Source of the DNA: Vibrio alginolyticus NBRC 15630 = ATCC 17749
Lineage (GTDB): Bacteria > Pseudomonadota > Gammaproteobacteria > Enterobacterales > Vibrionaceae
DNA length: 32,000 bases
Direction of reading: 5' to 3'
NCBI RefSeq assembly: GCF_000354175.2
Contig: NC_022349.1
Coordinates: 1,140,001 to 1,172,000, forward strand
Made by a program: the position numbers and the translations under genes. Shown here piece by piece: positions 26,065 to 32,000 of this stretch. Every line of letters starts with the position of its first letter. The first letter of the stretch is position 1. The notes under the pieces were generated by a model. The model was not told where the DNA came from, did no database searches, and saw only the letters and a program-made list of their open reading frames with translations.

Positions 26065-28172
26065 TGAATAGCTCCCCCACTCGCTTGCTTCACCGCACTT
26101 AAAACAACATCATCAGTCAGGATCACAGGTAACGGGATACCTTGTGGCGCTGCCGGGCCATAGACGATGTTAAACGGCACACCGTAACGCCCATGAGCTC
26201 GTAAAAAGTCCGTTACCGAGCCGTCCGGATGTGTCCAATCCCCTTTTAACGTCGCTACATTAGGGCTTTGCAGCAATGAGTAGACAGGATCTTGCCAGAT
26301 CACACCGATCTTGTTCGCTTTACACGTGACACACCAATCCGCAGTGACATCCACAAACACCACTCGCCCATTATTGACGTGATCTTCAATCGCCGAGTTA
26401 GAAAGCTTCTGCCACGCTAAGTCCTCAGGAAGCGGTGTCGCCCATTGGTCGGCAGTGACACTACCAAGTAACAGGCCACCAGCTATCAACACTAATGACG
26501 CAGTTCCGGATACAGCAAGCGCTTTCTCACCATACACTTTCTTAACTCTTGCCATCATTACAACAAAAGCAACCACAGCGATAAGTGCAATCCATAACAT
26601 CGGTACATGATTTGCCATTAATGAAAGTAGCCAAATGCTAGTCGCCAGCATCATTATGCCAAACACGATTTTAACGACATTCATCCACGAGCCAGGCTTT
26701 GGTAGTTTCAGCGCGATATTTGGAAACACAGCGACTAAGAGCCAAGGCAGTGCCATACCCAATGCTAATGCTGTAAAGGTTGCAAATAACGTTAATACGT
26801 CGGCACCCAAGGCAAACGCCACGGCCGTTCCTAGAAAAGGCGCGGAGCAAGGCGTCGCAAGCAATGTAGCAAACATACCTTGAACATAGTGTCCAGCTAA
26901 CGAGTTGTCGCCTTTCGAGGCCAGCCATGTATTGGTACCCGATGATAGACGGACTTCAAACAGCCCCAGCATATTGGCCCCAAACAAAGTGGTGACCAAC
27001 ACCATCAAACCTAAGAACCAAGGGCTTTGAAATTGCACGCCCCAGCCAATGGCATTACCTGTTAGCTTAAGCACCAAAATAAAACCAGCGAGAATCCAGA
27101 ACGACGTTAATATACCAAGTGACGAGGCAACAAACTGAGCGCGAATTTGACGACGCTCGATACCTTGAGCGGCAACAATACTACTTAGCTTCATCCCCAA
27201 AACCGGAAGAACGCAAGGCATAATGTTAAGAATTAAACCGCCGAGCAACGCGAATAGAAAAACACTCGTTAGAGACGTGCTCGGCAACGGTTCAACTATT
27301 GCCTCAGCAGTTGCTTGAGTGGTTTCTTCTGCTAGTAAATTGGTGTCTTTGATGGTCACAAACAGCGACTGACCATCTAACTCCACATCGCCCAGCCAAG
27401 TATCAACGATATAGCTCGCGGTGACGATGTTTCCTTCTTGATGCATTCCTTCAAGCTTGAAGCTATAGTCTCGCGTTGCTTCATCGACACCATCCACCAG
27501 CACTTGTGGTTGTTGCCAACCCTGACTGTTCTGTAGCTTGATTTGTAGTTTCGATTGGTTCACATCCCAACTCGCCTGAGTAACATCAATAAACGGCGAT
27601 GGCTGCGGCACGTTACTCACTGCTTGAGCGTAACTGAACATCACGCCTTCATCGACTGTTAGATCAGAAGGCAAGAACGTCAATTGAATTTGATAGTCGG
27701 TCAGCACACAAATCGTCGTACAAGAAGAAAGTGTCAGTACCGCATCAATCGTGACAGGTTTGGACATGTCTTCGACGTGCAGCGTCATGGGGAACAAAGT
27801 ATCGCCTTTATACCCAAGAGTCTCGATACCTAATAGTTCGAATTTTTGTGGGTGCGGCCATTGCCAATCCACTTTGGATAAATTTTGTGAATTTTGCCAA
27901 TCAATAGATGGTGCTACGCCGCCCTCACCAGGTGAACGCCAGTAAGTTTTCCAGTCTCCGGTTAACTTGACATCCAAATAACCTGTAAGTGTTTTGGCTT
28001 GCGGATCTTGTTGACCAGTGAGCACAAAGCGCGTTTGCACTGGAGGATGTTGTGGGTTGGTTATCCAACCTGTATCAGTAGTTTGAGCTGAAATACTCAG
28101 AGAGAGCAAACTCAAAGCAAGCGTCATAAAAAACATGAACGCAAACTGAGTCAGTTTAGTAATTTGATTCAT
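26061..28172 (-). CDS. DsbD-family (ScsB-like) transmembrane protein-disulfide reductase
   Basis: 703 aa with a signal peptide, a large N-terminal periplasmic domain, a CcdA-like core with NIMPCVLPVLG and ATPCSAPFLG, and a C-terminal thioredoxin domain with DWCVTCKANK. Confidence 0.85.
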   Translation of the reverse strand: MNQITKLTQFAFMFFMTLALSLLSLSISAQTTDTGWITNPQHPPVQTRFVLTGQQDPQAKTLTGYLDVKLTGDWKTYWRSPGEGGVAPSIDWQNSQNLSKVDWQWPHPQKFELLGIETLGYKGDTLFPMTLHVEDMSKPVTIDAVLTLSSCTTICVLTDYQIQLTFLPSDLTVDEGVMFSYAQAVSNVPQPSPFIDVTQASWDVNQSKLQIKLQNSQGWQQPQVLVDGVDEATRDYSFKLEGMHQEGNIVTASYIVDTWLGDVELDGQSLFVTIKDTNLLAEETTQATAEAIVEPLPSTSLTSVFLFALLGGLILNIMPCVLPVLGMKLSSIVAAQGIERRQIRAQFVASSLGILTSFWILAGFILVLKLTGNAIGWGVQFQSPWFLGLMVLVTTLFGANMLGLFEVRLSSGTNTWLASKGDNSLAGHYVQGMFATLLATPCSAPFLGTAVAFALGADVLTLFATFTALALGMALPWLLVAVFPNIALKLPKPGSWMNVVKIVFGIMMLATSIWLLSLMANHVPMLWIALIAVVAFVVMMARVKKVYGEKALAVSGTASLVLIAGGLLLGSVTADQWATPLPEDLAWQKLSNSAIEDHVNNGRVVFVDVTADWCVTCKANKIGVIWQDPVYSLLQSPNVATLKGDWTHPDGSVTDFLRAHGRYGVPFNIVYGPAAPQGIPLPVILTDDVVLSAVKQASGGAIQ

Positions 28173-28236
28173 AGTGATTCCTAGTTAAAAGACAAAGGTG
28201 CTAAATAACTGACGCTAGTGGTCAGAAAGCACGCTT

Positions 28237-28635
28237 TTATTCTCGGAACACACAGAAAGTCAGATGGACTCGATACTTACGGCCTATCGGTTCCGTCCAA
28301 TGTTGCGCACCAATATAGGCACTGCACAACCAAATTGCCGAAGCAAAAAGACCGACAAACAGAACAACAATAAATACATCGAGTTGATGTTGAGAAAACT
28401 GAATTAACTTTTCAGACAATTCGCACTTGCTAGTTTCTTTAGTATCAATCGACTTGACGCTCGAACGCTCATCAGCAAGTGAAACCGCGGGCGATTCCGT
28501 CTCATATTTCATAGAGCATGACGATGCAAAGCCTGAATTTTGCATCAGACACACAACGACCACCCAGCCAATAATCGCCAGTAGCCATTTTGCCCGCTTA
28601 TGTGGCGTGTGATGTCGTTTAGTCAACAAACTCAT
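28237..28635 (-). CDS. hypothetical two-TM membrane protein
   Basis: 132-aa ORF with two hydrophobic helices (WLLAIIGWVVVVCLM and VFIVVLFVGLFASAIWLCSAYI). It lies upstream of and on the same strand as the DsbD-family gene. No family recognised. Confidence 0.45.
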   Translation of the reverse strand: MSLLTKRHHTPHKRAKWLLAIIGWVVVVCLMQNSGFASSCSMKYETESPAVSLADERSSVKSIDTKETSKCELSEKLIQFSQHQLDVFIVVLFVGLFASAIWLCSAYIGAQHWTEPIGRKYRVHLTFCVFRE

Positions 28636-28737
28636 AAGAATTCAGATAAAGTAAGAACGAAGAAGATAATACGCGAGTCGTCATAAAGCTCAAGTTGTAT
28701 CCTCTAAATAGCCTTAAGAGGCTTCACTCGCTAAGCT

Positions 28738-29340
28738 TTAATCTAACTTGCCATAAATATATGCCAACTCTGCGACGGTTTTTGCCGAGAACTTCTTCAA
28801 TAGATTGGCTCGGTGTACTTCAACCGTTCGCATTGCTATGCAAAGTTCGTCAGCAATACGAATGTTGCGTTTTCCTTCAATGATCAAACGCAAAATGTCT
28901 TTTTCTCTAGGTGTGAGCGATTCATAAGCCGATTTTGCTGCTGCCATATCGAGGTTTGTGGCAGACTGCGCCTGTCCCTGCAAAATGGCTCGTGCCAGTT
29001 CATCGCCTTTGACTGGTTTTTGGAAGAAATTGACCGCCCCAGCATGCAATGCATCGACCGCCATCGGAACATCACCATGCCCTGTCAGATAAATAACGGC
29101 TAACGGGCTGTTGGCTTTATTTAAAACTTGGTGCACTTGCTGACCACGAAGGTTGGGCATTCGGCTATCAAGGATCACACATCCGGCCTGATGAATGTTC
29201 ACTTTATCGAGAAAAGATTGCCCATCAGCAAAAGTCGTCACGTTGAAGTCATGCTCTTCCAGCATAAAAGCGAGCGAGTCACGCACCGATTCATCATCAT
29301 CGACTACAAAAACAGGTAGCTGCTTTTCACCGCTGCTCAT
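28738..29340 (-). CDS. ttrR: LuxR/FixJ-family response regulator TtrR
   Basis: 200 aa with a receiver domain (VFVVDDDESVRDSL, VILDSRMP, FFQKP) and a C-terminal LuxR HTH (LTPREKDILRLIIEGKRNIRIADELCIAMRTVEVHR). Its position downstream of ttrS and divergent from ttrB matches the canonical ttrRS-ttrBCA layout. Confidence 0.85.
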   Translation of the reverse strand: MSSGEKQLPVFVVDDDESVRDSLAFMLEEHDFNVTTFADGQSFLDKVNIHQAGCVILDSRMPNLRGQQVHQVLNKANSPLAVIYLTGHGDVPMAVDALHAGAVNFFQKPVKGDELARAILQGQAQSATNLDMAAAKSAYESLTPREKDILRLIIEGKRNIRIADELCIAMRTVEVHRANLLKKFSAKTVAELAYIYGKLD

Positions 29341-29365
29341 TGAATGCTCCTATGCCTAGTTCAGA

Positions 29366-31201
29366 TTAGTTTTGATATGGAAGCACAAGCTCAACCAAAC
29401 AACCATGTGGTGCTGTCGAGCTGATGACAAACTCGCCACCATGCATTTCCATCACATCGCGACAAATGGCTAACCCTAGCCCAAGCCCTTCTTCTTTGCT
29501 ACTCACAAACGCTTGAGTCGGATTCTCTTGCTGCAACCCTGTACCATTGTCTAACACTCGAATAGAGAGTTGACTGATTTGGTAATCGCAATGCAGGGCA
29601 ATTTTACCTTGATAACCTGATGAGTGATATTTCTCTTGGAACAAAGTACACGCATCAATCGCGTTGCTGATCACATTAACTAAAACCTGTTGTACGCCAA
29701 CTGCATCGACAAGTAACGGACGAATGTTCCCTTCTGTACTGGCCACAATAGAAATGTTTTGCTTCTGCATTCTAAAATGGAGCAACTCAATCGTGTCATC
29801 AATAAGTACTTGAAGATCACACGACGTTTTGTCGACACTGCGCTTACGAATCAACGTTCTTAATCGCTGAATAATTGCATCGGCTCTTTCAACTTGGCCC
29901 TGTATTTTCTCAAGCACAGGGACAATATCTTCATGTGGGCGTTTTTTGGCCAAGCGAAGTAAACCGCCTTCACTATAATTGCGAATGGCTGCCAATGGCT
30001 GATTGAGCTCATGGGCAAGACTGGTGCCGATTTCACCGACAATCGCGACTCTTTGTGAATGCTCTAACTGTTCACTTTTCTCTTTTAAACGTAACGATGT
30101 CTGCTCCAACGCTTGCTTGCTCTTGCTAAATCGATACTCAAGCCAAAAGTGGTAAGCGTTCAATACAATCACAAAAATGAACAGCGCCCACGCCCATTCC
30201 TGATGACTACGCAGCCAGCGCAATGCTTCTTGCCACCAAGGCTGCTGCAACGGATGGAGGTCTAGCGCCTGATAAAGTTTGTCGATGCTCAGCAAGCTGA
30301 CGGGTGACGTCCAACCTGATGCGCCTGCCGCAATAACCGCAGGGTGTTCAGGTGGCATCGCTAACAATACTTGCGCAATCTGTTTGGCGATCTGAGCAGA
30401 GCCGCGCTCTGTTTTGGCAAATGACCAGTTTGGATATAACGGCGTAGAAACAGCGCACGAAGAATGTTCATTTGGCTGTTGATTTAGGACTCGAAAATCC
30501 CCTTGCTGTAACAGACCTTCATTTTGCATCTGTTCCAATAAACAAGCAGGGACGACAGCGGCTTCCACATTGCCATCACGCAATTGATACAGGTTGGCAT
30601 CAATAGGAAAGCCGAGGTAACGGACATCAGCAAAGAAATCGTTAGGATTAAGACCCATTTCGACTATCTGGTAACGCAGCGTTAAGTAACCGCCAAAGGC
30701 TTTTTCTGATACAGCAGCAACGGGAAGCCCTGAGACATCTTGCAATGTTTGATAGCTTGAACTGGCTCGAACCACCAGCGCCGAACCAATTCCGTAGTTC
30801 GAATTTTGCGGCGCTCGGCTGGTTAGCGTTGCCATCCACGATAGCGCGTATTGCCTACCCAATCGCACTGCCTGACCTGGGTTAGTTAAGATGAAATCCA
30901 TCGTCTGAAACTTCACCGCTTCGCCCATTTCATCCAAGTTAAGGGGATGAAGAACAAAATGCACATCAGAAATTTGCTGATTGAGCCAATCAATGGTCGG
31001 TTGCCATCTCTGCTCAGCATAAAGGTGACCACGTATCGCTAACACGCCCACTTCGACTTTCTGCTTGGCCTCTGGCTGCACTGCCTTTTGCTCTTGCATT
31101 TCTTGCAGATATTCTTGTTCAGAAACTGCGCCCTGAGCCAAAGATGCAAAGGCAACTAAGCAAAGAACCCAAAACTGAAGCAACCGTGGCGTTTTGTTCA
31201 T
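29366..31201 (-). CDS. ttrS: tetrathionate sensor histidine kinase TtrS
   Basis: Start trimmed to ATG 31201 (MNKTPRLLQFWVLCLVAFASLAQG..., signal-like). It has a periplasmic PhnD/SBP-like domain, a TM segment, H-box SLAHELNQPLAAI, and DNGTGL and GLGLGLAICRDV motifs. It is adjacent to and divergent from ttrB. Confidence 0.85.
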   Translation of the reverse strand: MNKTPRLLQFWVLCLVAFASLAQGAVSEQEYLQEMQEQKAVQPEAKQKVEVGVLAIRGHLYAEQRWQPTIDWLNQQISDVHFVLHPLNLDEMGEAVKFQTMDFILTNPGQAVRLGRQYALSWMATLTSRAPQNSNYGIGSALVVRASSSYQTLQDVSGLPVAAVSEKAFGGYLTLRYQIVEMGLNPNDFFADVRYLGFPIDANLYQLRDGNVEAAVVPACLLEQMQNEGLLQQGDFRVLNQQPNEHSSCAVSTPLYPNWSFAKTERGSAQIAKQIAQVLLAMPPEHPAVIAAGASGWTSPVSLLSIDKLYQALDLHPLQQPWWQEALRWLRSHQEWAWALFIFVIVLNAYHFWLEYRFSKSKQALEQTSLRLKEKSEQLEHSQRVAIVGEIGTSLAHELNQPLAAIRNYSEGGLLRLAKKRPHEDIVPVLEKIQGQVERADAIIQRLRTLIRKRSVDKTSCDLQVLIDDTIELLHFRMQKQNISIVASTEGNIRPLLVDAVGVQQVLVNVISNAIDACTLFQEKYHSSGYQGKIALHCDYQISQLSIRVLDNGTGLQQENPTQAFVSSKEEGLGLGLAICRDVMEMHGGEFVISSTAPHGCLVELVLPYQN

Positions 31202-31267
31202 GATGAGTAGAATCGTTCCTTCGAAAGTAATGGAGCAAGAATAACAGCTACCCTTGGTAAACCACAT

Positions 31268-31290
31268 TTGTTTTAGATCAAGTTTGATCT
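31268..31290. promoter_or_regulatory. FNR-like box overlapping a perfect 16-bp palindrome in the ttrS-ttrB divergent promoter
   Basis: TTGTT-ttag-ATCAA (31268-31281) has one mismatch to TTGAT-N4-ATCAA. It overlaps AGATCAA-gt-TTGATCT (31275-31290) and lies ~100 bp upstream of the ttrB ATG. Confidence 0.45.
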
Positions 31291-31381
31291 GGGTATGTGG
31301 AAATCCACAATATAAGCCTCGCAGTGCATTTCTCACAATGGAATCAGTCAATTCAAATACAACAAAAAAAGCAGGTGAGTT

Positions 31382-32000
31382 ATGGATTCCACCAAACGTC
31401 GCTTTCTCAGCGCGGTCACAGCCGGAGCCGCGTTAATTCCAGTCGCTGGCATTGGCACGGCAACTGCGGGAAACATTATTCGAAATAACCAGTCCGCTGA
31501 CCGAAAAGGACAAGTCGGGAAGCGTTATGCCATGGTGATAGATTTGCGTAAATGTGTCGGATGCCAGGCTTGCACTGTGGGTTGCAGCATCGAGAACCAA
31601 GCGCCAATCGGTCAGTTCCGAACCACCGTAAAGCAATACGAAGTTACGTTAGATGATGGCTCTACAGCCACGCGAGAAGCAAAAGCCTTTATGCTACCGC
31701 GCCTGTGTAACCACTGCGACAACCCACCTTGCGTGGCAGTGTGTCCGGTTCAAGCAACCTTTCAGCGCAAAGATGGCATTGTCATGGTGGATAACAGCCG
31801 CTGCGTCGCCTGCGCGTACTGCGTACAAGCTTGCCCTTACGATGCTCGCTTTATCAATGAAGACACCCTCACCGCAGATAAATGTACCTTCTGTGCTCAC
31901 CGTCTAGAACAAGGTCTATTGCCTGCCTGCGTGGAAACCTGTGTTGGCGGTGCACGTGTAATTGGTGATTTGAATGATCCATCAAGCGAAGTCCGCCGCT
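31382..32000 (+). CDS. ttrB: tetrathionate reductase Fe-S subunit TtrB (3'-truncated by the window edge)
   Basis: Not in the ORF track because there is no stop in the window. My translation from ATG 31382 is MDSTKRRFLSAVTAGAALIPVAG...KRYAMVIDLRKCVGCQACTVGCSIENQ...CNHCDNPPCVAVCP...CVACAYCVQACPYDARF...CTFCAHRLEQG. It shows a Tat motif and four Cys clusters and resembles Salmonella TtrB from the first residues. Confidence 0.9.
   Translation, partial: MDSTKRRFLSAVTAGAALIPVAGIGTATAGNIIRNNQSADRKGQVGKRYAMVIDLRKCVGCQACTVGCSIENQAPIGQFRTTVKQYEVTLDDGSTATREAKAFMLPRLCNHCDNPPCVAVCPVQATFQRKDGIVMVDNSRCVACAYCVQACPYDARFINEDTLTADKCTFCAHRLEQGLLPACVETCVGGARVIGDLNDPSSEVRR

Noticed and set aside
754-31907. Many 60-110-aa ORFs in the track that lie antisense to or out of frame within larger genes (e.g. 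754..945, 1568..1834, 2551..3238, 4643..4994, 5191..5443, 9188..9997, 10454..11224, 13433..13934, 18759..19094, 26635..26928, 28813..29319, 31433..31907)
   Set aside because: Each is fully embedded in a longer ORF with clear family motifs. They have low-complexity or Arg/Cys-rich shadow-frame composition and no SD or independent support.

Overview
The window looks like a Vibrio-like marine gammaproteobacterial chromosome; this is inferred from gene content and cannot be checked here. It is a mosaic of housekeeping and regulatory operons interrupted by AT-rich accessory islets. From left to right it contains the following.

- Two unknown genes.
- A GT2, GT39 (ArnT-like) and GtrA envelope-glycosylation operon, divergent from an OmpR/histidine-kinase pair.
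- A PLP enzyme, an isochorismatase-family hydrolase, and a LysR regulator with HlyD and DUF2955 efflux genes.
- A 1.5-kb ORF-free block made of eight tandem ~190-bp hairpin-rich repeats. This is the most unusual feature.
- A folate-independent methionine synthase pair (short MetE-like protein plus DUF1852, MesD/MesX type).
- A ~1.1-kb largely AT-rich spacer followed by a stand-alone leukocidin/alpha-hemolysin-family pore-forming toxin and an unknown exported partner.
- A five-gene MacB-type tripartite ABC efflux operon with two permeases.
- An AT-rich islet with a signal-less PG-binding + NlpC/P60-CHAP-type amidase and a cognate-looking lipoprotein, which is a putative effector/immunity pair.
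- ScsB/DsbD-like and TlpA-like thiol reductases.
- ttrR, ttrS and the start of ttrB. ttrB is absent from the ORF track because it runs off the window.

No rRNA, tRNA, CRISPR array or transposase was seen.
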